64,000 bases of DNA, from positions 13,828,001 through 13,892,000 of the forward strand of contig NC_087250.1 of NCBI RefSeq assembly GCF_037042905.1, in the 5' to 3' direction. The stretch's first letter is position 1. Every line of letters begins with the position of its first letter. Source of the stretch: Lytechinus pictus. Lineage: Eukaryota. Positions 26,091 to 38,152 of the stretch are shown one piece after another. A model generated the notes under the pieces. It saw nothing but the letters and a program-made list of their open reading frames with translations. It did not search any database and was not told the DNA's origin. Position numbers and translations under genes: made by a program.

Positions 26091-29000
26091 TTCCATGGAA
26101 GCCTGCATGCAACTTCAATGGAGAGAAAGCTTCGTGGTTTCCACCCTCTACCTTTGATGAAACCCAAGGCACTTCTGTTCCTGAGTGTGCTACTTCTAGC
26201 TAAATCGGGAGATATTGAGGTCAATCCTGGTCCTTGCGCACCAAAGCACCCATGCCAGATCTGCGATCGAGCTGTCACATGGAAACATAGAGCAGTTTCC
26301 TGTGATGATTGCTTACAGTGGTACCATGTGGATTGCATGCACCTGTCCAGTGCTGTCTACAATGTTTTTGGAAATTCTAATGTTTCTTGGCACTGTGTGA
26401 AATGTGGATTACCTCAATTTTCTTCGAGCCTGTTTAACAGTGCAACTCACGTGACATCAAGTAATGCATTTGACGCCCTATCATCTTTGTCGTCCTCTAA
26501 CTCTTCTCTCTCTAGTGAGCACCTATCTGAACCTGGGTCTCCCCGCGCCACATCATCTCCTGCCAGAAAGAAATGCAGAAGTCGCAAAGAAAGGGAGAAA
26601 ACTGTCTTTTCAACATTAACAATCAACTTCCAAAGCATTCAGAACAAGAAAGAGGAAGTTGGAGCACTGATAGATTCTGCCAATCCGGACATCATAATTG
26701 GAACGGAGACATGGTTAAAACCAGAAGTGCACAGTTCTGAAATATTTCCAGTGGGATACAATGTCATCAGAAGGGACCGTCAAGACAGGCCTGGTGGTGG
26801 TGTTCTCATTGCGATAAAGGACAGCCTTTCATTTCAACAACTTTCTAGTGATGTCCAATGTGAGAATGTCTTCATTAAAGTATCACTGAGTGGACGCAAA
26901 TCTCTTGTGATTGGTGCCCTGTATCGACCTCCTTCCAGTGATACTTCGTACTTAGAAGCAGTTTGCTCTCTCGTTGAGCGTATTTGTGAGCAAAATAAGA
27001 ACTCTATCATTTGGATCGGTGGAGATCTTAACTTACCAGGAATTGACTGGGAAACCCTAACTTCAGACAGTCAACGGACCCCTGCACAGCTGAGTGGACG
27101 CTTCATTGAAATGATTCATAGTTGTAACCTCCAACAGATGGTTGATTTTACAACAAGGAATGAGAATATACTCGATCTCTTCATGACTAATCGGCCTTCC
27201 TTGGTATCTGAATGCAAACCACTCCCTGGTCTAGGTGACCATGATATTGTAATGGTCTATTCCCGCATCACACCTCAACGGACTAAACCTGTTAAGCGAA
27301 AGATTTACCTCTGGAAACGAGCAGAAGTCCGTCAGATGAAAGAGAAATGCATATCCTTCAGCAAGTCCTTTACATCCAGATTTAACTCTGACAGCTCTAT
27401 CTCTGATATGTGGTTATCCATAAAATCTAATCTTCTTGATATCCAAGATCAACATGTGCCATCAAAAATGTCATCTGTGCGCTACAACCAGCCTTGGATA
27501 AATACTAAAGTGAAGCGCTTGTCATGAAGAAAGAAGCGCCAGTATACAAGGGCAAGGAGCCAAACAGGTACCGAGGAAGATTTCGAGAAATACAGAGCCC
27601 TAAAGAAAGAGTCAAGATCTGCATGTAAACAGGCATATAATGACTACATCAGGAATATCATATCTCCTGACTCGAAGAGCAACCCAAAGCGATTCTGGTC
27701 ATTTATCAAGAGTAAGAAGTGTGATACAACTGGTGTTGCTCCGTTGAAGTCATCAAATGGAATCATCCAATCTGATCGACTGCACCTCGAAGTCAAACAC
27801 TCTGAATCAACAGTTTGCATCAGTCTTTACGAAGGATGAGTGTCTCACCAACATCCCTGATAAAGGTGATAGTCCTCATCCATCCATGTGTGAAATTGAC
27901 ATTTCTCCAACTGGTGTCAATAAGCTGTTATCCGGACTTGATCCTCATAAAGCAACAGGCCCAGATGGAATTTCTGCCAGGTTACTGAAAACACTGGCTA
28001 ATGAGATTACCCCAGCGCTTACGATACTCTTCAAAGCATCTATCCATCAAGGCATTATCCCAGATGACTGGAGAAAGGCAAACGTTACTCCCGTGTTCAA
28101 GAAAGGAGATAGGAGTAATCCAGAGAACTACAGACCCATATCTCTGACATCTATCTCGTGCAAAGTCCTAGAACATGTTCTCTGCAGCTCTATTATGGAT
28201 CACCTGGATAGTAATAACCAGTGGCGTAACAGGCGGGGGGGGGCAGGGGGGGCAAGTTGCCCCCCCTGGCGGATTTCACCGGGAAAATAAAAGAAAAACG
28301 GGAAAAAGAAAAAAAAAGAGGGAGAAAGAAAGGGAAAGGGGAAGGAAAGGGGAAAAGGAAAGGAGGAAAAGGAAAGGGAAAAGTGAAAAGAAAACGAAGA
28401 AAAACACTTTTTTTAAATGGAAAAGGAAGGAAAGCGGAAAAATGTACGAAAGAAAAACATATGAGAAAGAGCAAATCATTCCGAAATAGGCCTATGTAAT
28501 GCAATAGCAGAGTGGGAAACAAATTAAAAGATGACAAAATGGCAAACAATTGCGGGAAACGAAGGTAGAATGTAATTAGTCAAAAGCTAATGGACTGCAT
28601 ACAACATTGTGCTTTAAGCTTGCTAAATGTTATGCAATTAAGCTACCGGGGCTTTGCCCCAGACCCCACGCAGTAGGGGCTCTTCATTTATAACATTCAT
28701 CTATAACGCCCCCCGTTCAATCACTGGCAGACAGGCGGGGGGGTCTTGGATCCACACCCAAAAGGAAATAAAATAAATTATAGGAGACAACGTATAATGA
28801 AATGAATGGAAACAATAAAAGGTGTTATTTGCTGAATATAATGGAAAAATCTATCACATAATTAGAATTTAATTACAATGGGCATTTTTTTTCCAGCTCG
28901 CTTTGCACGCTGGCGACTTTTTACAAATTTTTCCCACATTGCAATGTTTTGCTCCCTCAAAATATTTGGTTCATTACGCAACTGGGTTGAATAAATGTGT

Positions 29001-30977
29001 TGTGTAAAATAAAGCTACATTCTGTATATGCCCGCGATTTGATTAAAATAGCGGCAATCTGCGAGCTTTAAATGGCTTTGATATCAAGAAGTTCCGGGGG
29101 CTCCGCCCCGGACCCCAACCGCACAGCACAGCGTATGGAAGGGTTGGGCCATGGCTTCAAAAAGTTCTACAAACAAGAACAACAAAAAAAGGAGGAAAGA
29201 AAAGCAAAGGAAAAGTGTAGGATATGATTTTATTAACTGAATAAAAAATAACTCAAAGTTAGATTCTCAGGAAAAGGTGATTTTTTCTCGCTCGCTTCGC
29301 TCGCTCGGGACTTATATAAAGCAGCTTTTTAGCACATGTGCTATACTGCGCCCTTCGTTTTTTTTTTTTTTACTCTTCACGCTACTGCCGCAAAGAATCC
29401 TGTTCACAGTGGCGTACAGACCACAAAAAAGGAATCTAAAGAGAGAAGAGTGAAATATATTATTCTCTGGATAGCATGTCAAAATCTATCACAAAATTGG
29501 ATTTTTGTATTAAAAAGGTCAAAATTTTTGCTCGCTCGCAATTTTTTTTAAAAGATAAATTCTGCCTGATACGCAATATCTGGCCTTCTCGAAATAGTCG
29601 CCTCACTACACCTGTTCATACCATGATATGACCGGGAAATTTTTGGCTCTTGCCCCCCCCCCCCCCTGGCCACCGACCCCTGTTACGCCGCTGGTAATAA
29701 CATTATAACAGATGCTCAATATGGATTCCGTAAGCGACGTTCTTGTATCACCCAACTCATTTTCACCTGTGATGACCTTGCCAAAGGACTTGACAAAGGC
29801 GAACAGCACGACATGATCCTTTTAGATTTTTCGAAGGCTTTTGATAAAGTCCCTCACCATCGACTTCTATACAAACTGAAGTTCTACGGCATTCGTCTTA
29901 CTACCCTGCGCTGGATTCAAGACTTCCTCCACAACAGAACTCAAAGAGTAGTCATCAATGGATGTACCTCAAATACTATCCCAGTCTCGTCAGGCGTGCC
30001 GCAAGGCAGTGTCCTCGGCCCTCTCCTGTTTCTACTCTACATCAATGATCTGCCTGATTGCATTTCATCTCAGACAACAACCAAACTGTTTGCAGATGAC
30101 TGCCTACTCTACCGCAAGATCCAATCTCAGGATGATGCCAACAAACTTCAAGAGGATCTTGACTCCTTGCAGAAGTGGGAGTCAGACTGGCTTATGAAAT
30201 TCAATCCTCAGAAGTGTCAAACTATCTCAGTAACCAACAAGCGGAATCCACTAAACATGACATACTCCATTCATGATCAACCTTTACAAAAGGTCAGCTC
30301 TGTAAAATACCTTGGTGTTCATATTCATCAGAACATGACGTGGAACCACCATATTAGCATGGTCACCAAGAAGGCCAACTCTACACGTGCCTTCTTGCAA
30401 CGTAACCTGCACTCATGCCCAAGAAGCGTCAAGGTTCTATGTTACAAATCTCTCCTCAGACCTGTCCTGGAATATGGATGTGAAGTGTAGGACCCCTTCA
30501 CCAAGGACAACACCCGGAAGCTGGAGATGGTGCAGCGACGATATGCTAGATTCACCATGGGAGACCATCGTCGCACTAGTAGTGTCACCGATATGCTACG
30601 ATAGCTACAGTGGCCCACCCTTGAAGAGAGAAGAGCCCAGTTCAAGGTGGTGATGGTTTATCGCTTGGTAAACACAATTGTTGATGTACCAAAGGTACAG
30701 TACTTCAACCAGGCTGCTACTTCCACTTCGCTTCGTGGTCATCAGATGAGGTTACACGTCCCACATGCTCGCACTGTTGCTTATCAGAAAACTTTTATTC
30801 CTGATGCCATTAGACTGTGGAATATTCTCCCTGCCATTACAGTTAACTGCACTTCAGTAGCCAGCTTCAAGGCTGAGGTGCAGAAAATCCAATTGCGCTA
30901 AGACTGCGCATTTTTTTTTTCTACAAGTACGATGATACACCAACCTGGTGGACTGTACTTAAACGGATGATGATGAT
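26091..30977 (+). mobile_element. CR1-group non-LTR retrotransposon (2A-like peptide, PHD, APE endonuclease, RT), inactivated
   Basis: GDIEVNPGP, C4HC3 PHD, APE motifs (GTETWL, YRPP, GDLN, DHD), RT motifs (LDFSKAFDKV, GVPQGSVLGP, LFADD); stops at 27525 and 30488, frameshift ~27775, ORF end 30901, (GAT)n tail. Confidence 0.95.
28219..29693. mobile_element. hAT-type non-autonomous element inserted in the LINE RT region
   Basis: TIRs CAGTGGCGTAACAGG / CCTGTTACGCCGCTG; perfect 8-bp TSD GTAATAAC; removal restores the RT frame (DSNN|IITDAQYGFR). Confidence 0.93.
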
Positions 30978-31342
30978 GAATTACCATCATAGTTCATAGT
31001 CTAGTTCATAAAACATGGACATAAGAGTAACCAAGTATCACCGAACATCTTGTGCGAGATTCAGGTCACATGACCTGAAGGTCAAATGTCATTTAAGGTC
31101 ATTGAACTTTGGCCATTTTAGAGGTAGTTATTGGATTGCTGTCATAACTTTCAAAGTTTATAGATATAGTGTATAAACTGTGGATATAGGGGTAATCAAG
31201 TATCACTGACAAGTTTTAGGTTGCATGATCAAGGTCAAATGTCAATGAACGTAGTATTGTATCATTATATGAATAGTGTTTTTTGTGAATAATTATATAT
31301 AGTTTTCAAAGTCAGCACTGCTGGTATATTGAATCGCGTGAT

Positions 31343-31462
31343 TTGATTTGATTTGATTTGAATTTATTTTTCCACTTTCGTTTACAATAACAAATCATAT
31401 ATGACAATAATACATATCAATCAAGAAATAGTTACACAAAATCGAAAAATTAACAATAATTT
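31343..31462 (-). mobile_element. Severely 5'-truncated non-LTR retroelement 3' tail
   Basis: GTGAT direct repeat on both sides; minus strand ends AATAAA + (TCAAA)n. Confidence 0.6.
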
Positions 31463-31860
31463 GTGATGCAGGTGAGACAGCCAGAGGCATTCCACTTGTT
31501 TTTTTTATATGCACTGTATAGGCGGGCTTGTTATAAAGATTTTCACAGATCAAATGGATAGAGTTTGTATCACCCTAGGGAGCAAAAATATACATTTTCG
31601 GGGTATTTTATAGTCTATCAAAAAAAAAGTTGTCCACATGTGACATCACAAATATTTGTCGCATTGCCAATGGGAGGATCTCCATAGCATTAGTGATTGC
31701 AATAATCAAATGCTCATAACTATCTCATTATTTGTCCGATTTTCCTCAAACTTGCTTTGATTTTATTCTTTGATTTGTCTGTTTCCACAAAAGCCAACTT
31801 GTTTCTCAGGTTTCATTCCCCTTTAAAACACACACCCACCCCGCCACACACACACCCACC

Positions 31861-31892
<32 letters not shown>

Positions 31893-33224
31893 TATGTATA
31901 TATATATATATATATATATGTATATTCTATTCGTAAAGTTATATATACAAAATTATCCATATTATAACTATATAAGTGAAATAAATTAGTTATATATGAA
32001 ATAATGAAATATGTTTTCCATCAATGAAAGAAGATAGTAATTGAAGAAAAGTCAAAGAAAATGTCCCTTTACATTATAGTTTCGATATTTTTCAAAGAGA
32101 ATATATTATATTTTATAGGCCTACTGGTATATAAACGAAATCGAAAGAATAGAGTTTGATAAGAAATGGAAATGAATTTTATTGGCGTAGATATGTAATC
32201 AGTGATAGGCCTACTTGGGGGGGGGGGGGGGCTCTTATTTCAGTTACATGAATGGCCAGGGGAAAAAATGAAAGGTAGATTTTTCTTTAAAAATGTATAT
32301 CAGTGGCGCAATAATTACAGAACGCAGAATGAAAGATACATATATCAACCGGATGGAGGGAAACATTATTAAAAAATAAATCATAAACCAAAGTGATGAG
32401 AGAAATTCACTTCGAGTTTTAGCAACACGATGCAAATATTTGTCAACTTAAATTTATTTATTTCCAAAACTAAAAAAACAGTTCATAAAATCGTAATTTT
32501 ATATCAAAGTTTCAAATAATCTGTGAATGTAATTAAGCTATAGAAATGTACTTATACAGTGTGCTATTAACCCAATAATGTGCTCTACAAAATAAACCGA
32601 AACTGAACTGAATTGAACTGAAATCCGAGTATTTGAATAGTCAATAAATTGGAAGAGATAGCGGAAATGTGACTTTAAACTTAAAGCAAATTTGCAAAAA
32701 TAGTCCAATATGACTGATTGCCGATACCATACACAGAAAAAAAAAGACGAACCCGTTTACGCAGTGTGGAAGACGAAGAAGAACCAAGGCTACTCAAGAA
32801 TGGAATTAACAAGGGAAATGGCGGTCTTTGTGTGACATTGTTAGCACTGTTGGTTATTTTGAAACCTCGAGATCATGTATTTTAACTGTCGTGGCGTTAG
32901 GAAACAGGATAGACCCCTATCTTGAACTTTCCAACCAAGGGTCCAAGCCAAGGCCAGTGCAGTTGCAGTGCAGCGCAGGTCAACGACTGCACGCAAGTGC
33001 TATTGACGGTATTGTATTCGCTTTACCATTGACTGGACCTGTGACTGTGTGGAGGAAATTAATGAGATTGAGAGGAAAGATCGCCCCGCGCCTCGCCTAT
33101 CCTACCGCCCGAGGCATTCTGTTGGTCTAACTTTGGGTCTAGACTATAATTACTAGATCTAGCCCTGACGTTAGACTAATTCTGCTTCATTGTCACAAAT
33201 TGTAGTGGACTCATTCTTAGGCAT

Positions 33225-33507
33225 ATGAATGGTAATAAAATGGCTGAAAATGGATCAGAAACCTCAGACATCAGTCAGACTTCAGATCAAATTAAGGAAG
33301 ATCAAGATGAGGAAAAACAAGATCAAGAAGAAGAAGAAGAAGAAGATGAAGTCCTCCCTGAAAAGGTGACGTCACCAGCAGGAGGGGAATCAGATAATTC
33401 TATCCTGCCTCGACGGTCCAGTCTTATCAAGGATTCAGCTAAGAAAAAGCCACGTAAAAAGACGGTTTCATTCTCGAGTTTTCCTGAAGAAAGGCCAATT
33501 TCAAAAG
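33225..33507 (+). CDS. PLCL2: Inactive phospholipase C-like protein (PRIP/PLCL1-2 type), exon 1
   Basis: PRRSSLIKD...RKKTVSFSS matches the N-terminal PP1-binding region of vertebrate PLCL1/2; donor AAAG|GTAAAT, phase 1. Likely co-ortholog of PLCL1 and PLCL2. Confidence 0.85.
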
Positions 33508-33977
33508 GTAAATGAAAATTTAAATTACCGGTAGGCCTAGATCTAGATTATATTAAGTCTTAACGTGTCGTTAGGCCTAGATCTAGGCTAATTTTATTTT
33601 GTCACCATCATTATCCATAAACGAAGACTGTTGAAAAGCGATTAACATTAGTTGCGCTTGCCAATTACAATGGCATACCAGATTTCTTTGGCAGAACTTG
33701 CATGCAACGGGCCGGGATGGCGGGTGAATTTTTGGATTGTTAAATGTTTTTTTTAGAAAGATCTATTATTGTTGGAAGTTTGTTTTGTCAGTTCAGTTTT
33801 GAATTGTTTCTGCACTATTTACATTCTGCAGTGGCCAGTGTACATGTAACTGTAAGAAACGTTTAACATACCAGGTACCGTTAGTGTGTTATCATTAAAA
33901 TGGGCCTACCGGTACATGTATATTACAAGACTACACTGCACAGAATGTTGCATTATGGGTTAGGAACATGGTCTGCA

Positions 33978-34122
33978 GGGCCCGTTGCAGAAAGAGTTGC
34001 AATCAATCGCAACTCTAAAAATCTTGCGCAACTTGATTTTCAACCAATCAACAGCGCGCATTTGGGACTTGCGATTGATTTTTTGAATTGCGTTTAAATG
34101 CAACTCTTTCTGCAACAAACCC
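33978..34122. mobile_element. Small MITE; second copy at 40244-40389
   Basis: GGGCCCGTTGCAGAAAGAGTTGC ... GCAACTCTTTCTGCAAC; the two copies are closely similar. Confidence 0.75.
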
Positions 34123-34839
34123 CAGATATGTGGTTGACGACATGAGAAGAGAAGCAATCTTTAATATTGGAAAGAGTAAAATGAGAGGAAAAATTTAAAA
34201 CTGTTTCATCAAAATCTGTTATGAATATGAAATAAGCAAATTTGAAAACTCTTGTTGTAGTTTCTATGGGGATCCTCAAATTGGCAAACATGCTTCAAAA
34301 TGGCTGATTTTGTGGACAACTCTCCATTTGTTTTGTACACAAATTTTCAGATTTTCCTCATCTTTCAAATTGCATCTTGCCTCCTGCTGAGCACATCATT
34401 TGTCATTGGAAAATATGATTCACACCACATATGTCAAGGTCAGGGGAAGAGAATGTGAAATGTGTAAAATAAAGGGGAAAATCTGAAAATTTGTGTACAA
34501 AACAAATGGAGAGCTGTCCGCAATATCAGCCATTTTGAAGCACGTTTGCCAATTTGAAGATCCCCGTAAAAAGTACAACAAATGAACAAGACTTTTTAAA
34601 CGTTCATAACTTGCTTATTTCAATTTTCTTAACCGATTTTGATGAAACTTTTTTTTAATTCTCGCTACCCCAAATAGGAACAAAAATCTCATAATGCGCG
34701 AGACGAGATAATTTTCACTCCGTCGGGTCGTCATCACCACTTCCGGTTCAGAGTCATGCTCGCGCGAGGTTCGCGATACTGAGTTTTCCACCACGCTGAA
34801 ATCGATGCCAATTAGCGTAATATGTACAGATTATAATAC

Positions 34840-35815
34840 TTTTTGTCTCACCTGCATAGCAGAGTGAGACTATAGGCGCCGCTTTTCCGACGGCGACGGC
34901 GGCGGCGGCGGCGGCGGCGACGGCGGCGTCAACACCAAATCTTAACCTGAGGTTAAGTTTTTGAAATGACAGCATAACTTAGAAAGTATATGGACCTAGT
35001 TCATGAAACTTGGCCATAAGGTTAATCAAGTATTACTGAACATCCTGGCTGAGTTTCATGTCACATGACCAAGGTCAAAGGTCATTTAGGGTCAATGAAC
35101 TTAGACCATGTTGGGGGAATCAACATCAAAATCTTAACCTAAGGTTAAGTTTTTGAAATGTCATCATAACTTAGAAAATATATGGACCTAGTTCATGAAA
35201 CTTATACATAAGGTTAATCAAGTATCACTGAACATCCTGCATGAGTTTCACATCACATGACCAAGGTCAAAGGTCATTTAGGGTCAATGAACTTTGGCCG
35301 AATTGGGGGTATCTGTTGAATTACCATCATAACTTTGAAAGTTTATGGATCTGATTCATGAAACTTGGACATAATAGTAATCAAGTACTACTGAACATCC
35401 TGTGCAAGTTTCAGGTCACATGATCAAGGTCAAAGGTCATTTAGGGTCAATGAACTTTGGCCAAATTGGGGTATTTGTTGAATTACAGCCATAAATTTGA
35501 AAGTGTGTTGGTCTAGTTCATAAAACTTGGACATAATAGTAATCAAGTATCACTGAACATCCTGTGCGAGTTTCAGGTCACATGATCAAGGTCAAAGGTC
35601 ATGTAAGGTCAAAGAACTTTGGCCACGTTGGGGGTATTTGTTGAATTGCCATCATATCTCTATAAGTGTATTGGTCTAGTTCATAAAACGTGGAAATAAG
35701 AGTAACCAAGTATCACTGAACATCTTGTGCGAGTTATAGTAGTTTTCAAAATCAGCACTGCTGCTATATTGAATCGCGTGATGCAGGTGAGACGGCCAGA
35801 GGCATTCCACTTGTT
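34840..35815 (+). mobile_element. HINE copy in PLCL intron 1 with expanded (GGC)n
   Basis: Complete termini and about five internal monomers. Confidence 0.85.
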
Positions 35816-37314
35816 ATTAAATTTGGTCAGTTTTGATTCCATTTGAATTATAAATTAAAAAAAATATTTTACGTGAAAATAATTTTTATTCATGTTTTTA
35901 TTTGGTTATAAAAGAAGTAAACAAAAAAATGAATATCTTTAAATTTTGCATTTAGCGACCGGCCTGACATCACGATCGGACTAGACTAGACGCTAAATAT
36001 ATACAGCATTCACTCCGTTCAATTTTTCGTCGACCACAAAATGGATTAAAAAATCAGTTTCGGAACTTTAAAAAATCTTAACTGACAGAGAAATACCGTG
36101 CGATGGAAAGGGTCGGGCAGAATTAGTGACTTTAGCAGAAAAGACCGTTAAACTGTATTGTGAAAGAGAGGGTTGTGATCAAGATTTTTCCGAGCGAAAG
36201 AGACGTTGTGTTGTTGTGCATGACGGCACTGTTGATCTGAATTGCAAAACAGTGCATTGGACATCCGAACAGGAAGTTGTAATACCGAAAAGCTATCCCA
36301 TAATGCAATGCGCGTTACAGGGATTTTCCCGGATCTCGGCGAAATCGCTATTTGGGGTAGCGAGAATTGTTCCTCTCATTTTACTCTTTCCAATAAGATT
36401 GGCTTCTCTTCTTGGGTTTGGTTTCCTTTAAGGCTACTGGATCATTTGTACAGGTGTATGCCCAAAACACTGAAAGTTGATTAATAACAATTACTTTCAG
36501 AAATTTTAAACATGTTTTATAATTATTTTGAAAAAAAGGCAAGACTTCCATATGTCCCCTCCACTGAAATTGAAAAAAAAAATGGAGAAGGTTTGTCAAG
36601 AATTATCTAACATATATCTAAGAGATTTAAGAAGGAAAAGTTGGATACATACCAAAATATGGCTTTATTCCGTCAAAAGTTGTGTGTGTGTGTAATTCCC
36701 TATGGCATCGGTTTATTTAGTCAGAAAAAATAAATGCCCAATACTTTTGGAGAGTAGACTAGTCGTAATATCGACTTACTCAGAGAGTAAGGCGACAGAC
36801 TGGAGATTCATCGTTCTGCAACGAGAGGTTCGAATCCAAGTTCCAACCGGAAGTATTAAAGAAGAAGAAAAAGAGAGGGAAAGAAGGGGGTTTTGGAGAA
36901 GTATTTTTTTATTTAGTGGAGGGGACATAAGGAAGTCTTTCCGAAAAAAAAAAAATCATTTTTTTTGCTGTCCCATGCATAAACTGTCATCAAACTTGAG
37001 ACCAATATTCTTTTGAAAGTCATCATACTATGGATAACACAGCAAAGTCTAAATGCTTGTTAATCATTTCTCAGAGGTTGAAAATCTGTGAATGCCCTAG
37101 GAAGGGCAATATCTTGGACTTGCTTTCTAATACCATTCAAAACCAAGGTTCCCCTGTACTGAGAAAAGACATTCCTCTACATTAGGCAGGAAAATACCTG
37201 TGTTTTATGATCAGTATACAGAAAATTTTTTAGTGGATCACACCGCAGTCATCCTCTTGAACCACATTATTTATTTAGTAGAGTATTGATGAGTAATTTA
37301 TGATGTAACCACAC

Positions 37315-38152
37315 CAGGTAACAATCAATTTTAAATGTTGAAGAGGAGGGGGGGGGGGGGGATGACCAATACTGTTTGTAGTCTTTCATTGACTGTGTGT
37401 TATAAATAGCTAGTCTTATTCAAGCAGCCATCTCCATGCCTACCCAAATCTGACCAGGGCCCCGTCTTACAAAGAGTTACAATTGATCCAATCAATCGTA
37501 ACCCATGGAAATCCATCAGTGTCATAATTTTGTATAAAGGAAATTTGCAAAATGTCCTTTGTAAACAAAGGAGAACACACCAAATTGTCAAGTAATCAAT
37601 GAATTTATGGATATACATTCATATGTAGAAAATTATTTGAGCAAACATGTATTTCATATGTTGACTTTGCTGGCTTTCCATAGTTGCAATTGATCGGATC
37701 AATCGTAACTCTTTGTAAGACAGGGCCCAGGTAACAGACAATTTAAAATGTTGAAGAGGAGGGGGGGGGGGGGGATGACCAATACTGTTTACAAGTAGTC
37801 TTTCATTGACTGTGTGTTATAAATACATGTAGCTAGTCTTATTCAAGCAGCCATCTTTAAGTCCATGACTACCCAAATCAGACCAGGGCCCCGTCTTACA
37901 TAGAGTTACGATTAATCCAATCAATCGTAACTCTATGGAAATCCATCAGTGTCATAATTTTTTCTATAGAAAATTTGCACAATATTCTTTGTAAACAAGG
38001 AGAAACAGTGAATTTTCAAGAAAACAATGAATGCATGAATAGTTAGAAAATATTTTGAACAACCATGAATAATACATGTTGACGTTGTTGCCCGTCCATA
38101 GTTGCGATTGATCGGATCAATCGTAACTCTTTGTATTAAAGACGGGGCCCGT
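37315..38152. repeat. Local tandem duplication (~415 bp), each unit ending in a GGGCCC-terminated MITE
   Basis: CCAGGTAACA...GATGACCAATACTGTTT...GACCAG-GGCCCCGTCTTAC present twice. Confidence 0.85.

Larger units (their letters stand above)
25522..31499 (+). mobile_element. HINE copy split by the LINE and by a short retro-tail insertion
   Basis: 5' part 25522-26090, 3' part 30978-31499 with family termini. Confidence 0.85.
24183..31516. mobile_element. Tc1/mariner-type MITE with long TIRs, second layer of the nest
   Basis: TA|CAGTGCGTAT ... ATATGCACTG|TA; arm 24183-24400 is the reverse complement of 25360-25521 plus 31500-31516. Confidence 0.8.
23912..31822. mobile_element. Kolobok-like TTAA MITE, outermost layer of the nest
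   Basis: TTAA|AGGAAAATGAAACC ... GGTTTCATTCCCCT|TTAA; arms 23912-24110 and 31630-31822 are reverse complements. Confidence 0.8.

Noticed and set aside
28175..28549. Lys/Arg-rich and Phe-rich ORFs
   Set aside because: Purine-rich low-complexity interior of the hAT MITE.
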